From positions 8,652,358-8,716,357 of the forward strand of contig MU054187.1 in NCBI GenBank assembly GCA_013239625.1: a stretch of DNA of 64,000 bases. The letters are read 5' to 3'. Below the pieces are notes generated by a model. It had not been told where the DNA came from. It made no database searches and saw only the letters and a program-made list of their open reading frames with translations. Origin of the DNA: Lama guanicoe (lineage: Eukaryota). Positions within the stretch are counted from its first letter, which is position 1; every line of letters begins with the position of its first letter. Shown here piece after piece: positions 49,583-62,345 of this stretch. The position numbers were made by a program, and so were the translations under genes.

Positions 49583-49779
49583 TATTTGGCTTATTTTCCT
49601 TATAGACCGTCTTTAAATTATTAGTCAGAATAATGCCATCAGGGATAATGACTGTATTTTTCAGCTACCTAGCTGCCATGTAAAAATATTCTAATTGTAT
49701 GTAAGCAGGCGTATTACGCATGAGCTCTGAGAAGTCCTTAGAGAAGTACAGCTGTCTCCATTCTTTCCTCTTTCCTATT

Positions 49780-50015
49780 TGCAAAAGAGGAAGTGATGTC
49801 TGGAGCTCTAGCAGCTGTTTTGGACCATGAAGAGGAAATCATGGGCTAAGGCTGGCAGCAAAAAGATGGAAGGTGCTTCAGTTCCTGATGAGTGCTCTAC
49901 CTAATCCCAGTTCCGTACTGCATGTCGAATTTATGTATCCATGAGACAAGCTTCTATCTTTTTTAGACATTGCTATTTGGATATTCCATCACTTGTAGTG
50001 AAACCTGGTTCTGAG
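49780..50015 (+). mobile_element. Old MLT1 fragment
   Basis: gtgatgtctggagctctagcagctgttttggaccatga...ggcagcaaaaagatggaagg..gttcctgatga. Confidence 0.6.
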
Positions 50016-50479
50016 ACATCTCTCTGCTGAAAGGCCGGCTGGAGATTTTAGTCAGGTTAAGACAATCAACTTAGTTTAAACCATCTTCCCAATACAAACG
50101 GTACATAAACTTGCAAATGCTGATGAAATTGCACTAGGACAGATCTTTATAAAAAGAGTAAGAAACATATGTAAATATCATATCTGAATTTAAATACAGT
50201 ATCTAACTGCCCTAGATTTTGCAATGTATTCATAGCCTTGAGAGGAGATAAGAAACCACTTTCTAATCCATTGAATCCTTGTAAATTCTGTTTACATGAG
50301 TTTTTAAAATGACATTTTTGTGCTACCAGTGGTGATGGTTAGGAGCTCTGTATTACGAAATATTCTTCATTGCTCTAGAGAATAAACCGAGACTCAGTCA
50401 GTGACCTGGCAGCCCTCCAGGGGAAGAGGGCAGTGCTCTGGGAAAGAATACTTATTTGTAAAACCAATGCATTCTTTTT

Positions 50480-51030
50480 CTGAAATGGCTACCAGCTGCC
50501 ACTGTCTTAGTTCGGTGTCTGTCTCTTGAGTGTCATCTCTCCCTCCTTCCACAAAGCCTCACCCATCAATCTGCACGGTCCCAGTATCTGCCGGAACTAA
50601 CTCTAAAAGGAACCTCTGAGCACGTCATTCTACCACGTAACTTTGTTGATTCCTTGTCGCCTTTAGCTTAGCATTGAATGGCCTGCACATTTTCTGTCTT
50701 CTCTTCCATCTATTCCTAGTGCTTTATCTCACTTGCTCTCTATTTAAACATGAAATTTTCACCTTTTTGCAAATAAGCCACACCTTTCACACCTCTGCAC
50801 TTGGAACAAGTTATCTTCTCTGCCCAAAATGCTCCCCCAACCCCCAAACTTGCTTTTCAGAACCTTCTGGAAGCATATGAAGGAAGCAGTTGTCACTACT
50901 ACAGAAGTTAATCACTCACTCCCTTGCCCGTTTTCTGCACTTGGTTCTGCCCTTGTCACAGCACTTCCAGGTGACACTATAATCCATCTGCCCTCAAGTC
51001 TGAGTCCCCCTCACGTGTGAGGTGCTGGAG
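50480..51030 (+). mobile_element. L2 fragment
   Basis: gccactgtcttagttc..tcatctctc..; cacctctgcacttggaacaagttatcttctctgcccaaaatgctcccc. Confidence 0.55.
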
Positions 51031-51344
51031 CGCTCCCCTGTACTCGCCCCAGTCCTCAGTGTCCATAACAGACGGGAGCCTGCTCTGCCTTGCAGAATGG
51101 GCTGGATTCATACCGAGAGGGGGTCATCCCAACAAAAGGTAATTTGTATCTCAGTGTAGATTTTAGGGTAGTATGATTAGTGGGGAAATAAGGCAAATAA
51201 TAGGACTTAAATGGAGATTTTCAATTCCTTAGAAGAGAAACAGGAATATAGATAGCTGATGAGCCATAATAGCTTTCTTCCCACCTTGAAGAGAAATTCA
51301 ACATTCCTCAGAACTGAATTTTTCTGAAATTAAAATTATGGAAT

Positions 51345-51505
51345 CATTGAACCGTCGAGCTAAAAAGGACCTTAGGATGTACTGACTCCAACATCATAAT
51401 TGAGAAAGCTATGTCCCAGAGAGAAGAAATGATTTGTTAAAGGACGCCCAGCTAGTGAGTGCCAATCAGACCTAAAATCCTGGTCTCTCAACTCCAGTGT
51501 CCTTC
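51345..51505 (-). mobile_element. MIR SINE
   Basis: gagctaaaaaggacctta...cccagagagaagaaatgatttgttaaagga..cagctagtgagtg. Confidence 0.7.
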
Positions 51506-52019
51506 AGATATTTCAGTCATAATTCCCTGGTTAGGGGCAGCCAGCAGCTGCGAAGCAAGTGGACTTTAATTTCAAGTTAAATCAGAGCCAAGTCACAGAT
51601 AAACCCAAAGATTCCAGCTACAAATTAAACATGGGAGAGAAGATTATTTGATGAAAATTTTAAAATCATACCCTGTGAGAGAAGCCCCTAGTTTTCATAA
51701 ATGAAAATAAGAAAGGATTGAAATGACTTCCTCCATCTGAGTCATAAAGCCAAAAACAGAGACAAAAGTACAACTTTGAATACAGTTGTGAAATGGACAG
51801 CACAAAACTCCAGTGGATGAAATGAGATACCACAGAAAGTAGGTGTCCTTTCATTTGAAGCAATTAGAGCCTGTAGTCGGCCAATTAATTAAAAAGTTAG
51901 GTAAATAAAAATTCATTAAAAATGATAACATACATACTCTCATCATTTTAATTTAATTTTAAACATGAATGTACACTTAGTCTTTATACGTGGAGAGACA
52001 AACTTTTCCTTTAGTTACG

Positions 52020-52506
52020 TGTATTAGTTTTAATTGCTGCTGTAACCAATTGCCACAGCATAGTGGCTTAAAATGATTCAGAATTATGATGCTATAGTTC
52101 TGGAGGTCAGAAGTTTACAATGCATATCACTGGGCTAAAATCAAGATGTCAGCAGGGCTGCAGGGGAGAATCTGTTTCCTTGCCCTTTCCAGCTTCTGGG
52201 CACCACCCGCATTCCTCGGCTCATGGCCGTCTCCCATCTACAAAGCCAGTAATCACCCCTCCAACCCTCCGTCCCTCCTCGTATCTCCTTCTCCAACTGA
52301 CTCTCCTCTTTTTTACTTAAAAGAACCCTTGGGACCACATTGAGACCCACTGAATAAACAGGATACTCTCTCTATCACAAAATCCTTAACTTAATCTCAT
52401 CTGCAGGGTCCCTTTGGCCACATGAGGTAACATATTTATAGCTTCTGATGATTAGGAAGTGGACATCTTTGGGGTTGGGGGTGGGGACATTATTCTGCCA
52501 ACCACA
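52020..52506 (-). mobile_element. MLT1 (C/D-like) solo LTR
   Basis: tgtattagttttaattgctgctgtaac..ttctggaggtcagaagt..tcaagatgtcagcagggctgc...gattaggaagtggacatcttt..attattctgccaaccaca. Confidence 0.9.
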
Positions 52507-53813
52507 GCATGGCTCTGCTGATTGGCGATGAGTTTTCTTTCCTTCATGAATCATACGTGAAGTGTATTGTCTATGGTTTCCGGTTTGTACCTTTAAAGTA
52601 AAATGATAATATAAAGGCATTTGGAAAGCAACTTGGGTTGAATTCTTCCAGGTTTGTTTCTTGATATTTTTTATGTTTGTCCCACAACCAATCTGAAATT
52701 AATTTTTGACTTAATTTGCCTCTTCTGTTCCCTCTGAAATACTGATTTGGGTTGTGTAAATACAGTTCTGTTGGCATGTGCACTCCTAGGTCACTGGTTT
52801 ATATAATATTCATTTAAATGACACAATGACAATAACGAGTGTTCCTCACTTAAACCATTTTGAACATCAACAGAACTTGGTAGAAATTGCTCGACTGTGG
52901 GGCACAAGGGTGAGCAGATTGCTGGCCAGGGACCTATAGGCCCCTCATCCTCAGGGTGCCAAGAAATAAATGAAACGTTTTCTTCATCTGGTAGATTGTG
53001 TCTGTGTAGGTGGTTTAGGAAAGCCTCTGTCATATAAAGTGCCTTGTGTATTATAAGACATTCTACAGATACAAGGTATCACTGTTATTTCTGCTTTTAG
53101 TTCAAGATCTTATGCTAAGAATTACACAGACAGACACGTGACAGGTAGAAAAAAGCAGCCAAGAAACCAGCCTGATGACTTGGGAAAGTCAGAAAAATCT
53201 GCAAAGACATTCTTCTCAAGCCAGGATAAAAGCTAGAATTAAATTAAGTTAATTAATAATGTAAGTAAAATTTCAATTAGTAAAGTCTTTAATTATAGTT
53301 AAAGGCTTGTTTCCTTTATTAATCTGCTTTTACTGTCTCTCTGAAAATTTAGGTTTAGCTGTCTAACTAAAGGAGCTATTTTTAAAAATATTTAATTGGC
53401 TGGAAAAAAGTGTATCGAACCCTTTTTTCAAATGACCTATCTTTAGGAAACTGAGCTATTTGGCTCATTAAACTATAACTGTGTCCGGGCCTTCTCATGA
53501 AAGCTTATTTTAACTCGAGCTGAGTAGTGTAGGGTAAAGAGCAGTCACTAATATCCTGAGATTGTAAACACAGACATGTAATCACGAAACGGAAAAACAG
53601 CGCTAAATCCAGTTGGAGGGTCATCCCCAGGCTGCGTTCTTTTGCCCTTGAACGATTTTTGTCTTTGAACCGACTTGGGAACTGTCTCCATCTGCTAAGT
53701 TTTGGAAAGAGGGCAAGAGAGATTCTAAATGTCCTGAAGAGGGTCAACTTACTTGCCAGCCAAAGGCATGGCTCTCTCGGTCCCCATCCTAAGTGTAAGC
53801 AAAGCACACCTTC

Positions 53814-54208
53814 TGTATTCGTTTGTTGAGGCTGCCCTGACAGAGGGCCACAAACAACAGAGATGTATTGCCTCACGGTTCTGGTGGCGAGAATTCTGTG
53901 ATGAGGCTGTTGGCAGGGCGGTGCTCCCTCTGGAAATTCCAGGCAAAGCCTTTCTCCCAGCTTCTGGTAGTTCCCTGACTGTGCTACCACAACACAAGTC
54001 TTTTCATGATGTTCTCTGTGTGTCGATCTCTGTCCCTTTTATAAGGTCATCGGACACATTATTAGAAACCGACCCTACGCCAGCATGACCCCTTCTTAAC
54101 TAATTACACCTGCAATGACCCTATTTCCAAATAAGGTCACATTCTGAGGTGTCAGGGCTTAGAACTGCAGCTTGTGAAATTTCGGCAGACACAGTTCAAT
54201 CCACAACA
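53814..54208 (-). mobile_element. MLT1 (A/B-like) solo LTR
   Basis: tgtattcgtttgttgaggctgcc...taattacacctgcaatgaccctatttccaaataaggtcacattctgaggt...cagttcaatccacaaca. Confidence 0.9.
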
Positions 54209-55589
54209 CTTTTTACAGGGGAAGATGCCATCATCCTATGCTTTGTACTAATTCTCCAAATGATTTTTTTTCCAAATGAATTTTAATTTTAATAACCAGT
54301 ACATAGTCAAATTTAACCAGGTATGTTAATTATAATCATAACCATAAAAATTATAGTGAGTGCCAAAAGAAACAATAAGCCAAAAAATTAATGAGATAAA
54401 AATTGGTTAATAAAAATTGGTGAAGTTTATTACTAGCTATGACTGGGGGCACCATCATCACTAAGAAAGAAGAAACTAACAATGAACACGAAGTATGAGA
54501 AGCAGAGAAAAGATAGAAAAAAAAACAAAAAACAGAGGGAATAGATCACGTTTAAGGAGCACATGCAGCCCCTTCTGGGAAAGCATGTTTAGCCAGTGAG
54601 AAGAAATTGTCCTGAGATTAACAGGTGGCTCCCTAACATACCTCAAACATCTGAGCATCCTTTTTCTTATCTTTGGTGCTAGGGATGAAACTGACAATTT
54701 GTTTCCCCTGGGATGGTCACGGTTTAGGTGTGCAGTTGAGTATCGAAAACAAAGTCCATTTATCCAACAAGGTACAAGGTAGTAAGTATGTCTCTTTTAT
54801 AGTAAGCATTTAAATAAAGTGCAAATACAAACTTTCATTCAAGGACACAGGTGTGAGGAAACACACACTGGACTAAAAATGTTAGATACATTTGCCCCAC
54901 TTGTGCAATAAATACTGAACAAGAAGGAAGCACCAAGGATTCTACAATCCTTCTTGCATATCAAGTTGTATTTTGGTTGCTTAAGAACCATTAAAGTTCG
55001 CCATCTTTCTACAAGATCTCGGTTATGTGGGGTTAGTCAGTAATTCTGTGGATAGTTCAAGTTCTCAGAGTTTTAATTTCCTTTTTTTATGGCAACATTC
55101 CCCAGATTTGTAGTATACAGTTCCATGTGTTAGTAAACAAAACTTACTGAATTTCGGGTCACCTGTGTTATAGAGGCAGATGTTTTGAAACATGAAGTTG
55201 ACTCTCTATTAAACACTGTAAACAACCATAACACATTGAGAGTGAATTCTGTTCATTTGTCTCTTTCTTGTAAGAAGAGTTTGCAGATTGTGCTTGGCAG
55301 AACCTCCTATACCATGTAATTGCAAAAGTAATCATTAAATTTAAGACATAAAAACTTCATCTTGGTTTATTTTGCCTTCAATAAACTTTCATCACCTTTA
55401 ACCCACTTTCTAACTCACTAGCTTTCTATTCATAAGGAAATAACATCTTGTCAAACTTTAGAATATTGCTGCTGAAGATCAGGAACGTAAAACGACGTTG
55501 TGCTGTATTTCCATTCTCTCGCACTAGTGGAGACTCAGTTGCACCACACACTAGGACAGGCTTTTGGATAAGTAGTTAACAATATCCCA

Positions 55590-55815
55590 GTGATGCTAGG
55601 TCTCTTAATCGTTCTTTTAGCATCCTGTACTTCTCCTTTGCAGTAAGTATCACAGTTATAACCATACATCTATGCATTTCTTGTTTATTAACTGCGTTTG
55701 TATAACATCGTAAATCTTATGAAAACACAGGCTATATCTGACTCTATATTTACTGCCTAGTATCATAGTGTCAGAATAAACATAAAATAAGTATTTGTTG
55801 AACGAATGAATGAAG
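55590..55815 (+). mobile_element. L2 3' end
   Basis: tgcctagtatcatagtg...aataagtatttgttgaacgaatgaatgaa. Confidence 0.75.
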
Positions 55816-55897
55816 GAGGCAATTTCAAGTGGCACCCTCCCAGTCCTTCATAAATTCTCGTGACTTTTACAGTAGAAAAGTAGGCGGTGTAGAGTAA

Positions 55898-56052
55898 GTC
55901 AGTGTTTCCTCAGTTTGCCTGGTTTTGAAAATGCAGATTATCAGATCGTTCCCATGGAGATACTGATTCAGAAGGTTTGGGAACCTCAGCATCAGTGTTT
56001 TAAAGCAGCTCTCCTAGAGGATACCTATAATGGAGCAAATTTGGGAGATACC
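55898..56052. mobile_element. MER5B-like MITE
   Basis: cagtgtttcctca..aaaatgcagatt..actgattcagaa..ctcagcatcagtgttttaaagcagctc..aatttggga. Confidence 0.6.
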
Positions 56053-56443
56053 ATATTAAGGGTTTATACCGACTTAGATGCATAATTCTAGAATGTTCCT
56101 CTCTGTTCAGTTATCAAAGGACTTCTGGAATCCTCACAATTCCCATGCTTTTTAAAAGAAATGTTGATATCATTATACTTCTTACCCACTTGGAATTTCC
56201 TGATTTAACATTTGTAATTTTGACTACTTATGAGTGACACTGAAGAGCACTTTGGCTCTTGAAATTTGAAACTGAATCTTATGGTGATGTGCCTGGTCTT
56301 TGAGAAAAAAAGACTTTCAGCTAGTGTGGGAGTCTAGCTGACCACTCAGCATCTTACAGATAACACAATTTGACTGTTTTCTCATTACATGATCTTTGAT
56401 CTTAGGATAGTGTGTTTTAATGGTATACACAATCACAGTGCCT

Positions 56444-57062
56444 TGTAGTGGACATTTGTTCTTTCATTCTTCCCAACATCCTTCCCCTCTTCTGGTAACA
56501 GAACCCAAGTTTTGCTTTGGAGGAACCATTTTTAAATCACGTGACATGGCATAGATACCACTGACCTCACCCCCCAAATTTTAAAGTGGCGTCTGATTGG
56601 ATTAAATCCACAGGCGACTCCCATCCCTCTAGCCAAGTAACTGGTTGAGTACAGGGCACAGAACCTAAGTGAAGCGAGTGAAGCAGAGGAAATGTTTGCA
56701 GGGGCTTCTGGGAATGAAAAGCACATCTCTTCTATGGAGGCTACTGAAAGAAATCTTTCTTTTTCTCGCTGATAAAGTGTGAAAATGTAAGGTCTAGAAC
56801 TGCTTGGATCATTTTGAGACCATGAGGCAACTGAGGGCTCTCAGAGGCCCTGGGTGGAGTCTGAGAATGAAGTCAACACTAAAAGACAGAGAAACTGAGA
56901 TTAAATCAGAGCTAGAAGACATCATACAAGTTTCCAAATTGTCTCAATTACAGCCAGCCCTGACTTGCCTTTTCGAGTATGTGAGCTAATAAATCTCCTC
57001 TGTTGTTTATATCAGTTTGTGCCGGGGTCTCTATTCCTACTTGAAAAGTAAAGATTCCTGGA
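56444..57062 (+). mobile_element. MLT1 (J/K-like) solo LTR
   Basis: tgtagtggacattt..; ttttcgagtatgtgagctaataaatctcctctgttgttta..cagtttgtg..tacttgaaaa. Confidence 0.75.
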
Positions 57063-57237
57063 AGATATAAGATCCAAGACTGTATCAGGATGTAACCCTC
57101 AGTGGTCCCCGAGGGAAGAGATAGAGGAGCTGGGAAGTCATCAATGGTGCCAGAGATGTACGTAGAAATACCATGAAATACCATGGTTTTTGTGCAAGAA
57201 GTAAAAAATAAAATCCCTTTTTAAGGAACACCATGGC

Positions 57238-57458
57238 CTACCCAGTAACCACATTTGCCAAACTAGAAATCCATAATCATAATCTAGCAAAATATTTTTT
57301 TCTGATATGCCAATACATTATATGAAACCTCAGAATAATACAAAAAATTGAAATCGCATTTCATTCTGTATTTCACTAATTGCCTTTATTGGAACGAAAA
57401 TAAAATTACATAAAGTCAGGATTATCTCAGAAAATTCAGGGCATATGGTGACCATATC
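57238..57458. mobile_element. Probable hAT-Blackjack-type MITE
   Basis: Degenerate inverted termini gtaaccacattt.. and ..cagggcatatggtgacc. Confidence 0.45.
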
Positions 57459-58589
57459 TAGGGAACATCCACCTTGTTTTATTGGAATAAATTATTGTTA
57501 AAATGAACACACTGCTAGAAACGCTGTTACCAGTCTGCGGGTCATAAAGATAAAAAGAGATAAACCAACCTCTTAGTGCTGAACTGGCAAGTGACAAGAT
57601 GCGTTCTGCACACAATAGGTATGCAGTGAATGTATCTGACTGACAAGAAGCCTGCTAGGACGAGCAGTGAGCTGTTTAAACCCTGCTGTTTCTTGTGGAC
57701 CTTGCCAGCGTTGGCTGCAGAGTGAGGGTTCGGTAATGATTAACAAGAGCCCCAAGCTACGGCTCCTCTTCCTCCGCTTCAAACTTTCATAAACCCTACA
57801 GTCAGGTGCTGGGCTCTCATCAGTGACTGAGAGGTCCACAGGCTCTGAAGGAAACGTTTTTGTATGAGATTATTTGTTGAGGATAATAACTTCACTGAGC
57901 CTGTGTCAACAGGCTCGTTACTATGGAATTTGTAAATATATTCACTAAACTGTAAAATGATAGTCTCGTATTGAAATCTGACCTGCTTTTAACCTATGCG
58001 TTTTAGGCATCTGGCATCTAAAAATTCTGCTGTACAATGCAAATCAAAGTAGATAAAATCAGTTAGTTGAAAATAAAAATGAGGGTGAGCAAGTCTTTCC
58101 ATTTCTGGAAGAGACTAAGAAACAAAATAGAGACCACTTTTGAAAATCCAGATCACAAAAGGTTTTAAAAAATATTAAGAAATACATGTACCTATGTATT
58201 CATACAGGTAATATGTATAGATACACACATACACATATATTTCAGCTGAGCTCAGCATTAATGAACAAAAGGTACCACAAAGCTTAAGATAAACCAATTC
58301 TGCTTGTTGGAGAAGCACGTAGCACGTGTGCTATGGTTTTACAGAGTATTTGCGGAGGAATCAGTGGCCTATGTAATTCTTAATTTAAGCATCACTGTCA
58401 CACGATGACAAAAGACCACATTTTCTAGAACAACCAAAGTTAACATCTCAGGTTCCCATCTGCCCAAGACAGAACTCTGCCCCATTCACCACAAACTGTC
58501 CTGGTCATTTCTCAGCATTTCCCCTCCCACTCCGCATACAGCCTTTTTTTTTCCCCCCCTTTCATTTGTTCCCTCCAGATTTTTTACAG

Positions 58590-58812
58590 TAATAGGAGTA
58601 ACTGTCATTCATTGATCATTTACTATGTACTAGGTGCTAGGTGATTTACACATCTCACTTCCTAACAACATTAAGATAAGTGCTCTTTCTAGTCATTTTA
58701 CAAATAGGGAAACTGAGGTTCAAGTTCATAAGCTAATAAATGACAGAGTCAGAACTCTAGCCGAATTTTAACCCAGTCTGATTCTAAAGCCCATGCTCCT
58801 AACCATCACATA
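58590..58812 (-). mobile_element. MIR SINE
   Basis: cattttacaaatagggaaactgaggttc...aacccagtctgattctaaagcccatgctcctaacca. Confidence 0.9.
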
Positions 58813-59504
58813 ATTGATCATTAACTATTACCTTTGGATTTCTTAAAAGGATTTCTAAAATTCTCTCAATAATTGTAAGGTGAGATATTCCCGCTATACC
58901 ATCTGACCCTGATGTATTGATACTGAAATTCTTCTGATAAACCACCGAAGTTTAAAGGAAAAGATAAAATGCAACAGACAGTATTTGCATGACTTGTGGC
59001 TTTAAGTAAGACTTGATCAATTATAATTAGACAGAATCTGGTAGTTCAGACTCGACAAGAACACACTGAACTTGTATTTTGCGCTTTTTAGTAATGACTC
59101 ACCAGGCTTTATATCGGATTCCATCTGAAATTCATCAGTGCTGTATCCAGGAAGTTTCTTTTTTCTTTATCCACCAATTTCATTTCATGGTCTCACTGTG
59201 CTTTTCCTGTAGAAATATTAATGATTTTGGATGACAGAGGCTAGGATGGTGGTCCTCTGAATATAACAGTCAGACTGCTGTTCTAGTCTTCTCTCCACAT
59301 ACCCAGTTTTTTCTTTCTTCCTTCCTCAACCTTCTCTTATTCCTTTTTTCCTTCCTCTTCTCCCATACGTTTCCCATACTATCCATCCTTCTTATGGTCC
59401 CAAGGTCATTTTTCCTTTTCTTTTTCTTTTTTTATAATTAGACATATGGTCAAGGTATGAAAAGTCTATATATCACACTTTGAGCCTTTGATCACCTTGG
59501 GGAG

Positions 59505-59562
59505 ATACAGATATAGATTCAGATATAGATGGATAGATAGATGGATAGAAAGATGATAGATC
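59505..59562. repeat. Degenerate (GATA)n microsatellite
   Basis: agatatagatggatagatagatggatagaaagatgataga. Confidence 0.8.
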
Positions 59563-61380
59563 ACTCTGCCCTGACTTAAGACATAATTATTTCACATTTC
59601 GGCATTCACGAGATCAAATCTGATACAACTGATGGTGCCTTTGATTTGATGAAGTACAGTAAACACAACACTTCATGACAGTGGTATGTTTTCCGGTAAA
59701 CTCAAGCACCCTTTTTAAAGAAAAATCTTTCTCTCAAACACAAATCCACAACTTTAATGTCTGTTTTTAAAATTCTCAGACACCTTTCCCTCTTTTCTCT
59801 CTTCATGCTCCATACAAAAATGAAATGAGATCGGGGCTCTGTAATTCCAGGGGTTCTTCCTCCTATGCTCTAAGTCAATAATTTTTAGGAAATATACACC
59901 AACCCTCCTTTTCAAATCAAACTCCAAAATATGTCATTGATTCTTCCAGGCATTTTCAAATCTGCTAGCCCATCTCTTCCTTCCTCGTCCTCCCCCTCAT
60001 CGCCCTCTGTTAAGTGACAAGGTGCTACGTGCTGTAAGTCTAGGTGCTGGAGCAGCCCGAGTGGGCTCCAGCGCCGGCATGTGCACTAGATGTACATATT
60101 TTATTCTTACCTTTCCTCCACAGCCAAGACTGTCAGAGGAAACATGGCATCTTTTACAGCTTTCTGCTAAGTGTCAGGCTTTGCACTTCAAATATTTGAT
60201 AAGTGGAGCATAAGTTGCAGGAGCACATCCATGCGAAAGGCAGACACACAGTATAAGTTTAACTCTCCTATTAACTTTTTCATTTCCCTGCAGAAGTTGT
60301 TTCTGTCCATATTTTTACTTCAGCTGGGCTGAGTGGGAGAAAGAACTCAAAGGGAGGTCGAAGCAGATGGTTGTCACAAACTGCATACGGCAATTGAGAA
60401 TTAGTGTACAAGCATATGCAACCTGGTACAGTATGAAACATTCCAGCATATGAGTGCCGAAATAAATCAAGCCTGGAGAAGATCGGGATGATAAAAAGAT
60501 GGGCTCTTCTCTCCCTGTTACATATATATATTTAGGCCTTCTGAATTCATTACGATATGTTCTCTGTTTTCAGTAGGCACGTTAACACCTAAATTGAGCA
60601 GATTCATGTAGATTCTGGTATCTCGCCTTTTTCTCTCATCTACAGTGTGCTTTCTGAAAAGACATATTTCTGAAGAGATCTGCATCTTTTTCGTATCAGG
60701 AGGAGTGGAAATGATGGCATCCACTGGCTGGCCTGGACAAATTTAATCACCATCACACAAACTAAGCAGATATAACATTACATTTTCTCCTGAATTTATT
60801 AACAACAAGTATGCACCAGGCACCAACCGTTTACATACATTTCCTGTGGACATTTTTTGACCACTCATGACCCTACTGGTGGCCAACCTGTTGAAAGCAG
60901 TTCATCCACAAATACATGCACTTTTAAGTGTTTTTCCAGTAAGAACGGTGATAAAGAGACACTTATCAATAGTCGTTAACAGCGAGTGGTGTCAACTTCA
61001 CAGCCCAGAAGCCCTTACAGTGGTAGCAGTAGTCATAGCAGCAAGGAACGCAGCGCTGCCATGTTGGCTTTTATAATTACAAATCATTGACAATCCTTCT
61101 CATCAGTACACTCATGAATTCCAGTTAATGGGGTGAAATGTGTCTTCCCCCCATTTTACAAACGAAGAAACAGAGGAGGAGAGTTTAATTGTCAGCCCTC
61201 CCCCTTCTCAGAAGAGTAAAGACCAGTTCTACACTCAAGCTTCATGCTGGAGGGTGGAACCATCTGCTGCTCTGCCTCAGTGGGCATGGATTTTGTGGCT
61301 GCATGTAAGGCCGGGGCTGCCTCTGCTCCTGCCCTCAGCAGCAACTCCTCCCTTCCCTGCCCTTGCTCCCGATGACTTTT

Positions 61381-61717
61381 TTTTTTAATTGAAGTATAGT
61401 CAGTTTACAGTGTTTTGTCTATTTCTAGTGTTCAGCATAATGTTTCAAACATATATATATATTTCTTTTCATATTCTTTTTCATTTTAGGTTACTACAAG
61501 ATATTGAATATAATTGCCTGTGCTGTACAGTATAAACTTCTTGTTTGTCTGGTTTTGTGAGGACTTCCTTGTGTTTCTGATGTAAGAGATATTCTGCCAC
61601 AGTTCAGTAGGTACTCTGTGTGATTTGTTCCATATGAAGGTGTAGTTTTTGCCATATTCGCTGGAGAGGGTGAGCTATCCATCCTTCTGCTCCACCATCT
61701 TGGCCCAGCTCCTCTCC
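61381..61717 (-). mobile_element. Bipartite L1-derived element: L1 5' end fused to L1 3' end, with TSD
   Basis: - strand reads GGAGAGGAGCTGGGCCAAGATGGTGGAG.. (L1 5' start with YY1-type site) for ~170 bp, then acaagaagtttatactgtacagcacagg...tatacttcaattaaaaaaaaaa; TSD (g/a)atgactttt at 61371-61380 and 61718-61727. Confidence 0.8.
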
Positions 61718-62049
61718 AATGACTTTTGAAGAAGCCACAGTTGTTTTCAGCAAGGCCTTTCCTGTCCTTTCCAGCCTTTTTTGCTTTGTTTACCTTCCCA
61801 TCTGCCCTTCTTTGTGAGAAGTCAAAGAAATTCAAGACACAAAAGAAAGAGAAAAGGGAGGGAAGTGATAGATATTGGCTCAAGGATAAATATTGAATCA
61901 CATATTGGTAGACCCAAACACAAATCAAGTCTGAACTACAGGAGTCCACCAACATGCACATAAATCATTTATAACGATAATTCAAGACTAGGTCCAAATC
62001 TCATTAAAGTATATGAATCCTTAATCTATTTTGGCAAAAAAGCACCAAT

Positions 62050-62345
62050 ACACATTTTTTCTTTTTATCATAAATTACAGTTCTGTGGCACTGTGCAAAT
62101 ATTACCAAGCTGTAAGACAGCTGTGCTCCATTAAAATGTGTAATGGTCGCTGATTTCTTACAGCACATGGTCATCAGGCTGAATCTACAGCCAGTAATTA
62201 GGAAGATGAAATGTTTAATTGTGCCTTAATTTTGATAAAATTTATCTGTCACACATCCCGCAGCCGAGCATTATGCTCACAAATCAATGTCATTGGGCCG
62301 AGCAGGAACTCAAGCACCAGATTCTTGTTCCTGACAGATTCATTT
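62050..62345. promoter_or_regulatory. Candidate conserved non-coding element / enhancer
   Basis: Repeat-free; multiple TAAT/ATTA cores (CCATTAAAA, TAATGG, TAATTA, TTTAATTG), CTGTCA, CAGCTG and AATCAAT. Confidence 0.4.
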
